A stretch of DNA of 61,522 nt, filler included, from Choristocarpus tenellus KU-1152 (Eukaryota > Protista > Phaeophyceae): assembly GCA_964200185.2 (NCBI GenBank). It is 11 parts of 11 records of this genome, joined end to end, with 100 filler letters (N's around TTAATTAATTAA, not from the genome) between each part and the next. Parts side by side here need not be neighbours in the genome. Positions count along the whole stretch, not along the records: positions 25,342 to 28,967 come from CAXNAD020018880.1; positions 29,068 to 35,300 come from CAXNAD020008613.1; positions 35,401 to 38,004 come from CAXNAD020026351.1; positions 38,105 to 40,959 come from CAXNAD020024170.1; 7 more parts are not named here. One strand, written 5' to 3'. The number at the start of each line of letters is the position of its first letter. Position 1 is the stretch's first letter. The position numbers were made by a program, and so were the translations under genes. This document shows positions 28,501-40,825 of the stretch, in pieces. Under the pieces are notes generated by a model, which saw only the letters and a list, made by a program, of their open reading frames with translations, searched no databases and was not told the origin of the DNA.

Positions 28501-29067
28501 GTATTCCCTTTTTCTTCTTTTTTTTCCACAATGACTAATATACGGCTCTTTGGTTGGTGATGTCGTAGCCTGACCGTAAACCGAGCGTGGGGGTCTCAAC
28601 GCGAACAGTGCTCCATTAAAAAAAATATATATATATATATTTGCACCTCATTTTTTTTTCGCGCGGGGCTGCCCTACCCTGTTGGAAACCCCAACCCCGA
28701 AGGTGTCTGAACCCTGTGCCTCTCTCTACGGCAACTGTGTTGTGACGAACTGTCCCTAGCCCCCGAGTCCATCCCCTTCTTTTCAAACCAAACGAGGACA
28801 GCTTTCTTGACCCCTCCGACTAACCCTTCTGTGCAAGCAAACCCTTCCCTTGTTCCCTACAAAAAATATCTTGTCTCATGCGTCAGGCTCTTCCCCACCT
28901 CTGTCACCCCCCCCCTTGACCTTGTTCCTCCACTCCATCGTCTCTAACTCACCTCTTCCTTACCACTNNNNNNNNNNNNNNNNNNNNNNNNNNNNNNNNN
29001 NNNNNNNNNNNTTAATTAATTAANNNNNNNNNNNNNNNNNNNNNNNNNNNNNNNNNNNNNNNNNNNN

Positions 29068-29104
29068 GTGTAGACCCCCCCCCCCCTCCCAGATACTTTG
29101 GGTC
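29068..29104 (-). mobile_element. MITE family B terminus at contig edge
   Basis: GTGTAGAC(C)nTCCCAGATACTTTGGGTC is the reverse complement of the family B left end. Confidence 0.65.
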
Positions 29105-29585
29105 AACACATACCCAGCCAGACTCACATATTCCGCATATCACCATCCATACAAAAACTTAGAAATATTATCTCCCCCAGTGCCCCCTTCACTCCTATCC
29201 ACACAATTGTCGGACTAGAAACATGTTTGCTCCCTTTCTCCCGATCCAACCCTTAGGAATCTCCAAGGTCAAATGCCAACCACCGTGCTGTGCACTTGCC
29301 TTTAGTGCACTGCCAGGCAGAGTACAATAGATCATCAAAGAACTTATCATCACACAAGTACTCAGTAAGAAGGGTTAGGCAAGGGGAAGGAAAGCACAGA
29401 TCATTGGGGTTGTGGAGGTTAACGGTTGTAGTTGTGAGAAGTCAAACAATTGGTGTTTTTGGAGCAAAGAAGGTGTGGTAAAGAAGACGGTACATTGAGG
29501 ATGTGTTTGTTGTGTGCATCATCTTCGCACTACGCAATGTCATTTCATCCTGTCCCAAACGTTTTTACGTTTCACTCCATCACAC

Positions 29586-32500
29586 CTGTCCCAATCGGTT
29601 GCGTTGATCTTCAACAGCACGTGAATAATTTTCGAGCGCTTGGCGCTGTCCTGCATGCTTCTTGGACTCCACCTCTACCTCGACCTTGACCTCCTGCACC
29701 AATACCCTCTCCTCCACCACGACCTAGGGCGATAGAGACAACATACCAAACGGGGAAGATTGATAGAGTTGCCAAAATTTGATGTGGATGGCGATTGTGG
29801 AAAATGTTGATTGATTGCATTATTACTTCCACTCCCCGTGTAACACATTCCCCAGGTCTCAGTGCTTCAAATCTCATTATTTCCTATGGACTGAGTTTGC
29901 TAGAATGCCTTATGCAAGGGCCCAGCTTTATGACAGCAGGCAATTACCAAATAGATTTGACCGATGAGAGTGGGTTTGTGTCAGAGGGATCGTTCCTAAT
30001 CTACAATTCCTTAATTATTGCTCCAAGTCCATACTTCAAGCAGTCGCGATTGAAACTCTAGATCTACTTGACCCCATCACTGACACCACAGCACCTGCCC
30101 TAGCCCAGTCCTGATGCCTAGATAGTTGACTGGATTCTACTGCATCAGCACCTGGTCATTCCACAAGATATTCTCTTCTACATTCTAGCTTGTCTTCTCT
30201 GAAATAGCCATAAATCATTTAGAGCTCTAGTATCATCAGGGGGTACTAAAGTAGCAAGACATGCGTGATACCTTATCACCCTCCCTTAGGTGCTCTCTAC
30301 AAGAAGCAAAAATTTAAGGTGGTCAAGATGACCCTTATATATATACCCCCTCACCCCAAAGCTCATGGACATGCCATGTATCTAGCATGCCACAGGACAT
30401 CGCAATCCCAAGCTATTGGTCCTGCAAAAAAGGTAGCTCTGTATCACAATTGCAGCACTAGGGTTAAGGCATTAGTCCTTTCTCCTCACCTTCTCCTCGA
30501 CCACGATCTTCTCAACGACCTTTTCTTGCACAATCACCTTTGGTGGAGGAGGTCCCTCTCGCCCATCATCCTCTTCCCCCACCCTCTGTTCCTCACCCAC
30601 CCCCTCGCCAATCTTTGGTGAAGGAGACCCCTCTTGCCCACCTTCCTCTCTCCCTTCCCCCTCTTCCTCCTCTTCCCTCCTCACTTCCCAATTGGTATTT
30701 GAAGGAGGAGACCCCTCTCGCCCACCACCCTCACCCCTGCCCCCTTCCCCCCCAATCGTTCCCATGCCCCTATTCATTGAATCCTCTGCCTTTCTGTTCA
30801 CATCCCTGAGCACATGACCCCCTTCACTGCCCTTTTCCTCGCCACCCCCACTCCCTGTACTTTCCTTCACATTTCTCTGTGCTACTAGTGATGCCTCCTC
30901 CGATGAAGTAGGGTTGGATGCTGCCCAATCAGATTTCTCTGCAAGTTGCCTCTTGAGAGCCTCTATCTCATCCTGCCATCAGCAGGTCGAACAGGAATGG
31001 GGAGTGATGCAGGGGTTGGTCTCAAACAAGAGAACAGAAATGCCCCACCTCGATACACATAGAGATTCTGAATATGGCATACGTGAACAGCATGGACTTC
31101 TTTTGTTTGAATATGCATTCCTTTCTCACTGAGGGCTTGTCGAACCACGTCCAGATAAGGTTATGGTTTTCCAGCATATGGGTTTGGTATAGAGTTGAGC
31201 CAAAGTATCTTAGAGGGTAGAGCCGCATCCATTTGGGGGCTAAGATCCAATGTTGCGATTCTAATGTAATTTTGGCTATCGTGCTTGTTAGGAAGTGCCA
31301 ATATCCTTGTTCTGGACACACCCTTTCATTACGTATACATTTTACCTACTCCTAATCATTTTGGAGCAGGAAAAAGTCATGAAAACGCCCATGGGGAGCC
31401 AAGCCCCAAATGAACGAACAGGGAAAAACTCGTACCCTCTAAGATACTTTCACTCAGTTGGGATTAGTTGGGTATTGATGGTTGATGGTGACAGAGAGTA
31501 ACACAGGATAGAAAGCTCACGGACTGAGCATTTTGTCCCTTCTAGAAGTAGAAACTCCCATTTCTTGTTGCACTAGCTGTACATGTGTTTGTGTCAGTGT
31601 GCATGTCAAAAGCCTGTGTACCATTGTTTTTCCAAGGGATATACAGAGTATGTTCAAAACCTTGATGCACATTTGTCTTCTATTTCACCTTATCTGCAAT
31701 TTTCCATGGATACTATGAATTGTGATATTGATGTTACCATTATTTTTGTCCTAGCAAGAGTTGTGAAATCTACGATTGAGTGAAAGTATATTAGAGGGTA
31801 TGAGTTTTTCCCTTTTTGTCCATTTGGGGCTTGGCCTCACACGGGTTTTTAATAACATTTTACCTACTCCAAAATGTTTCAGAGTAGGTAAAATGTGTAT
31901 GTTATGAATAATTGTGTCTGGAACAAGGATATTGACATCTTCTAACAAACAACTATAGCCAAAATTACATTCAAATTGCAACATTGGATTCTGGACCTCA
32001 AATGGACGCGGCTCTACCCTCTAAGATAATTTGACTGACTAACATAGGAATCGATCAATGGCATTTTCAACCCATGCAAGGTTTTCTTTTCCTCTTGGTT
32101 TGAACAAATGTCTCAAAAAAACAATTGGAGAACCCACACCATTTCTCCTGATACACAATGTGAGAGGGGAAAACAATCACATCAATTGAGTTTGATCACT
32201 TTTTCTGTTTCTGAAGTCGTACGTCTGAATCAGGACATCAATTTTCAGTACACGTTCTGCACAGTAAGATAGACAGGACCCTGTTGCTGGACATGTTGTA
32301 CCTTCCTTACCTTTGCTGTGCCTTTCTTTAAGCAATACCTAATACTCTGGAGTGTGATTTTTTTGGATGCGCATTGTGTTTACAAATGGGGAAACGAGGG
32401 CTACAACTACTGATGTGGGTGTGACGATATTGGTTGTTTGCTTCTTGCCTTGTACTGGCGAAGCATGGCATCTTTGGGATCCTCGTTGATCTTGGGCTTA

Positions 32501-34862
32501 TTCTTGATATTCTTGGCTCGGTTGGCGTATCTGATTGCAGGAACCAGATTAGGACGATTTATAGAGGGGCAAGGGAGAAGGGGGCACGTTTGAAATCAAC
32601 TAGATGTGTTGTGCTTGGGGAATTGTCATTTTCAAATTAGCTACCGTGCCACGAGGATATTGGTGCCACGAAAATGCAATAACTGCAACAATCTCCAAGC
32701 AGTTCTTCCTTCTAAACCACAAACGTTTACAACATTGGATGCCCATAATGGATAGCGCCGTACCTGAGAGTAGATAGCGTTTCCTCATAGTTATAACCTG
32801 CAGGAGAGATGGCAGCAACCATGAGCGTCTTCGTGTTTCCTCCAAGACTGGCACAGACAGTGTAGCCAAGACATTCGTGTGTTTGAGAGTTGGTAGAGAT
32901 GGTCAAAGGAAAGGGGAGGGGTAGAAGAGGGGATCAATTGGGATATGCAAATGGGTTGTGCAATGGATGAGATCTCATGTATTATAGAGCATGGTGACAC
33001 AGGGTTGGAGTAAAGAAAAACTTTTGGCATACTACACTTGCTTTCTTGACATCCTACAGAAACCAAATCGGAAACAAATTTGTGACGACTAGTTGCCTCG
33101 GAGGAGGTGGTTGAGGGTGCTGTTCAAGTTTATGAGGAAGGCCTTGAGCTCTGTAGGAGGCAGCATGGGTTATGTGGTGCTCTATGGACTTGCTAGGACT
33201 TTTTGTGTAGTACATTAGAGCCAAAGCATTTAAGAGGGTAGAAAATTTGCCCTGTTTTTCTGCTTAGTGCTTGGCTTTTCACGGGTTTTTTATGCCCTTT
33301 TTCGGTTTTCAGGATGAACACAGTTACCTAAAATGTATGCGACCATGAAAGGTATGTCTGGAGCAAGGATATTGGCACTTTCTAGCAAATACGATAGCCA
33401 AAATTAATCAAAATCACAACCTTAGATTTATGACCCCGAACAGACGTGATCCTACCCTCCTAAATGCTTTGGATCTTACATGTATTTGTATGATACAATA
33501 CATTCCAAAAAGGAACGTTTCTAGACCTTCGCACAATGCATACTGTTTCTAGAGTTCGAACCTGTATGGAGTTCTAGGTATCTGTAGTATAGGGTTCCAG
33601 ATGTCTAAAGGAGAACAAGAGAGTGAAAGTATCTTAGAGGGTACGAGTTTTGCCCTGTTTGTCCATTTGGGACTTGGCTTTCCATGGGTTCTTTTATGAC
33701 ATTTTTCGGGCTCAAAAATGTTTAAGACCAGGTAAAGTGTATATGTTATGAAAAGTTGTCCGGAACATGGATATTGACACTTGCTAACAAACACGATAGT
33801 CAATATTACATCAAAATCGCAACATTGGATTTTGGCCCCCAAATGGACGCAGCTCTACCCTCTAACATACTTTGACTCAAGAGGAAGGCCCTCATGCTCA
33901 CTTCCAATCTCAACCTGGCTTCGATTTCTACTTGCAGAGACTGTTGCGGCTGCAGTTTAGTAACAAAGGCTAAATGAGGTAATGACAATATAAGTCATGA
34001 AAAATCTTGAACTTCTGGGGCACACCTGATACTCAATGGCCAAAGTAGGAAGGCGTGTCAGCGAACAACATCCCATTTGAACGGGTTGGAACCGCTGCTG
34101 CTCAGCGTGTGAAAATTAGGAACTCTGTGAGCTACTCCAAGGAGTATGGGAGTATTAGCCCTTGGATATAACGGAACAAGGTCGTCTTTACCCCAAGGCA
34201 CATGTCCTCGCGACATAGAAAGTGATGCAATTCAAAAGTCTATTTAACCTTCAACTTTTGTACTATTGTACTCTAGTTGAAAAAACGTTAGGCCTCACCT
34301 TCGCAACATTTTTTTTTCTGCTTGAAGGGTGGGTTGGTCGTATACGTTTCAGCTCTGTAGAACTGGTCCGAATAATAAAGAGACTTGTCTTCTCAGCACA
34401 AGAGTTATGCTCTGGGTCGGTCAGTTGATGCGTGCCATTGCTTAGTAACACTTCTGTCCCCGAAAATCCTAACCCCTTGAATTAAGGGGGTACTACTATA
34501 TATAGTGGAAAAGGTCATATGGATAATAGATGAAGCGCTAGGACAGCATACCCTCGAGCTCTTTGTTATCTCATTGAGGTATGCCCTTGAAACACTGTAG
34601 TACAGAATTACTTTCATTTCACTCTTATCATCACCAAAATATGCCTCACAATCCCCCTCAGGGGGCCATACCTGTCCTGGAGCAGCCTGGTGAGTTTGGA
34701 ATCCCTGTAAGGAATGTGCTTTCCCTTGCCATCAACCAGGGCGGAGATTACATTGCCCAGTGCGGAGAGAGAGAGGTTGATCTTGCAGCCCTCTTTAAGA
34801 CGCTCCCCCATAGCGCCTGTTTTGCTTTGCCTCTCTGACCCTGCCAAATCCACAAGGTTGAG
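29586..34862 (-). CDS. Kinesin-2 family (KIF3/KIF17-like) motor C-terminal half, neck and stalk start; exons 34672-34862, 32764-32847, 32449-32530, 30490-30972, 29586-29723
   Basis: [128 protein letters not shown]. The NEDPKDA neck is typical of kinesin-2, and all junctions are in phase. Confidence 0.93.
31197..31455 (-). mobile_element. MITE family A copy 2 (kinesin intron)
   Basis: Same TIRs in reverse orientation; TSD AGTT. Confidence 0.9.
31778..32036 (+). mobile_element. MITE family A copy 3 (kinesin intron)
   Basis: Same TIRs; flanks GATT/GACT. Confidence 0.88.
33218..33475 (+). mobile_element. MITE family A copy 4, divergent subfamily (AAAGCAT TIR)
   Basis: GAGCCAAAGCATTTAAGAGGGTA...TACCCTCCTAAATGCTTTGGATC; flanks TTA/TTA. 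Confidence 0.82.
33621..33878 (+). mobile_element. MITE family A copy 5 (kinesin intron)
   Basis: Same TIRs; TSD AAGA. Confidence 0.9.
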
Positions 34863-37025
34863 CTTCCAAGGTGATGGAGGGCAAGCAGTACAAGGTAGGA
34901 AGGAAGTGTTATGGAAAGATAGAGAGGTAGGGCGTCGTAAAGTTACAAGGCAAGGTGTATCGTGAGTAGGGGCCCATTTTTTTCCACTGGCACGGCATAC
35001 TCTGCAGTTCCAATGACAAGCATATGGTTAAGGTGCTCCTGCACCAATCCCCAGCTCATTCGGGTGTTTCATGTGTGGAAAATTTAGCTTGTGTGATAGT
35101 ATAGTGTATGTTGGGGCTCAACACTGTTGGCTTCTGAACCTTGCAAGCTACAGGTCCTTCGCCAAGTCCTACGTCTTCGCTTGTAAGATCAACGATCAGA
35201 GGTGCCTCCAAGTCTAACCCTGACCCTAGTATCCTAGGGGGGGGGGGGGGGGGGGGCACTAAAGAGGAGGGGGCGGGGGGGGTGGGGGGGGGGCGGTATG
35301 NNNNNNNNNNNNNNNNNNNNNNNNNNNNNNNNNNNNNNNNNNNNTTAATTAATTAANNNNNNNNNNNNNNNNNNNNNNNNNNNNNNNNNNNNNNNNNNNN
35401 CCCTTCTAAGTGCAAATACAGTCGAAAACAAAAACCTTTCGGTACTTTTTTAAGACCGTTTTCGCAAAACAACGAGTGTTCTTCACACCGTACACAACAA
35501 AATCATAGTCATAGACTGACTCATTGACCTGAAAGTCCAGTGATGAACAAGTCATCCACAAAGTAAGACAGCATAGAATGTGTGCTGAATCTACCCCCAG
35601 TAAGTCAAGCATTCTATCTAATCTTGAACTCCTATGAATCTTGTCAGGTGTGTCCTCCTTCCCCTTCTAACTTGTATGCCCTATCTCGTCCCCTTTCACA
35701 ACACCGCAGCTGGGAGCAGTTGAAACAGGCGGCCACCATCCCTGCCAAAAATTCTACCAGTGAATTGGTGTTTATCCTGCAAAGTCGCGAGTCGACAATC
35801 AGGAAGAATAACCTTTCAAGAACCGCTCACTACACTCTGCTCCTAAAGTGCCCAGCATCGTGTAGGAGAAGGTCCTTTTTTCGAACATGGGCATAGATCT
35901 AACGATCTGTGCAACCACAACACAAGATATGACAATCAACCCTAAGGGTGGGGTTGCCTTTGTCACCCAGACAATGTCGAATCTTTGCACTACCACACAG
36001 AAGAGCATTGTTGCTCTTACTCCCATTCCTGGGCAACAAGTAGAGCCACGCCTCCCAGTGCTGAAAGAACTAAGAGAACTGACCAGGCAGTGCCCAACAG
36101 AGCAGTGAGGATAAACCACAGCAACTTCAACACGGGGTACAGAATTGCCACCAGCAGTAAGAGCGCCAAGTCCTGACAACAAACAGATGGTTTGGGGGTA
36201 TCACTGTTTCAGGGTGGGGGGTGACCACGGGAGTTTCAATGAGGGGATCAATAACCAATGGCGAGCAACCTTTCATCCTGGAAATATCGGGATGCTCTAC
36301 TTCGACTGGTTTGGGAGGATGAATGATTAAAAAGTGGTCATGGAATGGTCCCCATCTCAGAAAGGGTCTTAGTGCGTGAGATGTCGAGAGAGACTCGCCC
36401 TCTGAAAATAAAATAAAAGTAACTACATCCCCGTCTTTAAATCACAAGAGACAGACCACAAGATTGTCCTGACACTAATCATTAGTTCCAGGGAAACGTT
36501 AAAAGCGAAGATTGGAGGAAGACTAGACAGGGGCAAAGCTCAAGATCGTCTTCACATCCCCCTTGCCTGTAGTATATTCACCACTATATACCCAAGCAGC
36601 AGAACAAGCAGCAAGCATACAACGTCCTGAACCCCACCCATCTTACAAAAAAATCAAGGGTCAAATAATGACAAAAAAATCAATTTAATATGTTGGAGTT
36701 CCCAATTCAAACTTTTTTTTTGTTCAACTACAAACCGCAGTGACTCACTCTACCCCCTCAAGGTACACCTCAAATACGACACAATCTTGTTCACACTCCA
36801 CAACGTTTTTCCAACACCAACACAGCTCACACCTCACCTCTCGGGGCTTGGCGAGAAATCGGAGGTTGAACCTGCTCGGAATGTGTCTCTTTATTCCCCT
36901 TCCACGACTGTGCTCTGCCTCCCACCTCATTCCTGTGGTAATGGCCGAACTGGGTCCCTCATCTTGAAACCGTCCTTGAGGGGTGGGTGGAGGAGTATAT
37001 GCATCCTGGTCGTGTAAGAAAAACA

Positions 37026-37120
37026 CAGGTAGACAGGCAGACATACAGGCAGGCAGGCAGACATACATACATACAGACAGGCAGACATACAGGTAGGCAT
37101 ACAGGCAGACAGACAGACAC
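37026..37120. repeat. Compound tetranucleotide microsatellite (CAGG/CAGA/CATA)
   Basis: Directly visible. Confidence 0.85.
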
Positions 37121-37960
37121 AGTTGGATGAGGGGTGGCATGGCATGGGTGGAGCAACAACAAAGACCAAGAGGAACATGTGGGCACAAAATAAAGGAGAT
37201 ATTGAGTGCTTGAGAGTAAGGAACAAGCATTTTCGTGTGGCCCCTGCCAAATGTACCCACATTTCAGCGATGATATACAAATAAATATAAGATACGTGTA
37301 TAAAATATGTGTGATCAAGTAAGTCGGTCGAGATATTTGAAAGTAACATTAAAAAAAAAATGAGTCTTGCCTCGGAGTCTGTCGCAACTCAAGGACTTCA
37401 TCACTTCTGGTTGACTTCCATGCCTGCAAAGATTTTGTCCAAGCTGCTTACAAAATAACCTCCTGCCTCTGAACACCGCCCAGTCCTTTCCTAAAATAAC
37501 GCTTCAGCAAATGGTACAAAACCCTTCAAAACTTCAGTTCTGCAGCAACTGCTACATCTCTGAAGTGGATATAGACTACACAGAGGCAGAATGAGAGCAA
37601 GTCAACAGGCAATGTACAAGACTCACTGGTCAGGTGATGTATATATATATATATATATATATACCCAGACCTGTATTGAATATATCAATAAATGGAGAAA
37701 AAACAAACAAGTTGTACATAGCAGTTACAACCTGAGTCGATACGCACCCACCGGTTTTAAATATATTAAAAAACTACTAAAAAACCTATCCAACAAAAAC
37801 TGATCCAAAAAACGAATCGAAATTTGTATTCTTCGGTCCGATTTCAGTTTTTTCTGATCAACCTGATCTCGGTTTGCCGACTGCAAATCTCTCGGAGACA
37901 ATGTATAGGACAGTATCTGTGCATCTAACTCCTAGACTACCCTTGGAGTGTTACCTAGAA

Positions 37961-38004
37961 GGTCAAAGTATCTGGGGGGGGGGGGGGGGGGGAAAAAACA
38001 GGGG
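37961..38004 (+). mobile_element. MITE family B-like terminus at contig edge
   Basis: GGTCAAAGTATCT(G)n runs into the gap. Confidence 0.55.
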
Positions 38005-38617
38005 NNNNNNNNNNNNNNNNNNNNNNNNNNNNNNNNNNNNNNNNNNNNTTAATTAATTAANNNNNNNNNNNNNNNNNNNNNNNNNNNNNNNNNNNNNNNN
38101 NNNNCTGACCAATAACTTGACTGAGAACGCGGAAGACAGGATCAAGCAAGCTTACATCATGCGTTACGAAAGAGCAAATACAATGATCTGATTAAATCTG
38201 CCATGAGCGTCGTTCGGTTCGGGCCTCGCTGTCGTTTGCAGAGGCGACAAAGGAGGCGAATCTACCATCATCATCATCATCGCGAAGCGCTTTGTACATA
38301 CGAAGTACACACTTTTTCTACCAATTTCAGACCGGGTCCGGGGCCGCAGCGTATGTGTGCTCGGCGTTGAAATAACATTTATTGTGTCTTCCTTCGTAAA
38401 ATCGACAACGAGTATCATCATGAATATTGATATATCGACATAACAAACGAAAAAGATAGCACTTTGTATTAATCTTGACATGTTCTTTTGACCATAATAT
38501 CAAACGGGTCAAGGTAATGAACATCCACCACTCGATATACTACTTAGATCACATGGTTTGCATCTAACTCCAACACAGGGTGCAGCCTACCTCTCCACAA
38601 CCAAGGGCAAAACCGAC

Positions 38618-39563
38618 CTGTTTGTTCGCGGCGTAGATGACAATTATTGTTGACTTGTGAGGCATGAACTGCCCGTATGTATCAGCCCAGTAGTCTATCC
38701 AGGACATTACCAGGTCTCGCTTCGGACCCATGTTCGAATTTTTGTTAGTGCCCTTCCTGCTGTAGTAGTGCACGTATGTATATGAATGGATGGAATATGT
38801 GTTGGAGGTAGATACGAGGGACGGGGGATGGAATCCTAGAGGTATCGTGGGGTTAGCAGCGGATCATATACTCTGTATATATTAGGCGTGGTACATGATG
38901 CAGCAGCGCAGGGACGGTCGGACGAGATGATATTGTTGAAGCATGAAAAACATATCGCATTGCATATACATACATAAGTCAGTCATTACTCCACGCTGGA
39001 GGGATCTCTAGCATTGTATATCAGACATCTAGGCATGGTAACTGCAAAGTGAACCGGGTGAGTGCGGTCGGATTACATTGTTCTCAGATAGGACTACTAT
39101 TGTGTGTTCAAGCAGGGGGGAAACAAGACCTTGGTATAATTGACACTGTGTACATACTTCAAACCCACCTCTCCACGCTGGCAGATGCTCTTGCGTTTGG
39201 TGTACCTTTGCAGGTGTCGATGACACGATTGGATATCCCGAACGATGCCTTGAAAAAATTCGTACAGACGGGAATGCCGGCCACGAGCATAGATCCACAT
39301 GGAGGTCCCAACTTAATCACAGGTACACGCTCGCCAACGAACTCCTTGCGATCGTGGCGGTTGTTACACGCCTGGATGATGTCCTGCTCTTTGTCCAAGG
39401 TGCGTGCAAGGAAGGACTCGCCATCTGCCGCGAACTTCTGCACACAGGCTAAACGCGTGCAGCAGCCATGCTGTTCATTGACTGGGATGGGTTCAATCCA
39501 TCCCAGTCGAAGCTTGGCGCCGATCACTGAAGCGTCATTTGGCATGAAGCTCCAGTGCATCAT
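38618..39563 (-). CDS. Putative Sola-like DNA transposase N-terminus, spliced; exons 39169-39563 and 38618-38759 (or 38756); catalytic core beyond contig edge
   Basis: Spliced product has CC-x4-C..F ... VCTNFFKASFGISNRVI, then (S)RKGTNKNSNMGPKRDLVMSWIDYWADTYGQFMPHKSTIIVIYAANKQ. This resembles the Cys-rich VCxxFFxxxFGIS and WxxxxAxxxGxxMP blocks of Sola-type transposase N-termini. The phase-2 junction fits. Confidence 0.6.
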
Positions 39564-40012
39564 TGTTGGCGGGCTGGTGTGGGGGCAACGCAGGGGGAGA
39601 CGTAGGCAACACAAGCCACTCCGTTGCTGTGGAAGCAACTGGCATGGTGTTTTCGATCAACAGGCGGTCTTGGGCTGTGAGAAGGTGTAGGAGTGATTAG
39701 ATTCGAACTTTGTTTGATCCTCGGGCGATCGGTGGGTTTGATATTCGTATTTTTTTAACACAATTCTCATAAAAAATTGTGAATTCTGAGTTTGGGGATC
39801 GACAGACCAGACGACATAATACAGCACCTCCCATCCCTCAGTCCTCATTTCAATTCATTCCCTTCCGTAGATACCACGCAGACCTCTTACTTATCCATCC
39901 TCATCACACCCTCCCAATCTTTGCCATTTCCAACATTCCCTCAACAACAACCCACCCGCCCGCCGATGAAAATGCCCACGAATCCAGAACGCGGGACTTA
40001 ACTCTGAAGGGC

Positions 40013-40825
40013 ATGTCCCAGCTCCTAGAGCATCACTACCTCGTATCATACAAGATGAAACTCACAAACGTCACATGTACAGAGATGGTGCGTCCTTTAA
40101 GCGAGCGTGGCCTTGCGCGCGTGAGGAAGTCTATAAAGGAGAAAGGCTGGCTGGATCAGTTTGCTCCAAGTGTTGTCATCCAGCGAGAAAGTTTAGGTAA
40201 TGTGGATCAACTAAACGCCGAAACTGCGCTTGCCATTGAAGGGCGTGTATTGGACGGAAACCATAGAGTAACGGTGCTGAAGAGAGTGTTTGATCCCGAG
40301 TGCGCTTTCACCATGCGGATCTACAAGGAGTTCAACCAAGCAGAAGAGAGGCTAATTGCCAGCGGTGGGTGAAGGAGTGTTTTCGTTGTTCCATAATCGC
40401 CTGACTGTTCTGATCAACTAAGCACCGAAGTAAGTTGAGTGTTTTCGTTGTTCCGTGATCGCCTGATGACTATTCTGATATACGACGTTGTTGTCGAGTT
40501 TTCCTTGCTATGTTCATTGTCAGTCAGCCCATTGTGGATCTTTTCGTTGCTCATCTTTTTTATCCCTTGTGGTATTCCTGTCCACATCAACATGTTTCTC
40601 GGTGCCGCAGGCCGCGTGTGTCCCGCGATCACTCCCCACCTAACCCTTGTCCCGTTCGCCCACTGCACCGCCATGCTTATAGCACTCAACGACGCGACCG
40701 AGAGTGTGGTTGAGCGCACGTTATACGATAAAATATATTTTCAGCACGAGCTCCAAGAAGCTATCAAGCGACAGATGAGGAAGAAAGAAGTGTCACTAGC
40801 AGAGATCCGCAGAATGTACCAAAAG
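40013..40825 (+). CDS. ParB/sulfiredoxin-fold protein, spliced, 3' truncated; exons 40013-40364 and 40683-40825
   Basis: VRPLSERGLARVRKSIKEKGW...RVLDGNHRVTVLK...EERLIASALNDATESVVERTLYDKI shows the ParB/Srx pattern R..(L..SI...G)..(IDGxHR)..(A..xN). The phase-1 GT-AG junction (G+CA = Ala) restores the post-core helix. Confidence 0.78.

Noticed and set aside
35700-37560. Minus-strand multi-exon gene in contig 35401-38004
   Set aside because: Splice-like sites exist, but the joined frames I tried contain several stops and no family could be recognised.
39049-39690. 213-aa plus-strand ORF
   Set aside because: It is the antisense shadow of the transposase-like exon and has no motifs or splice support.
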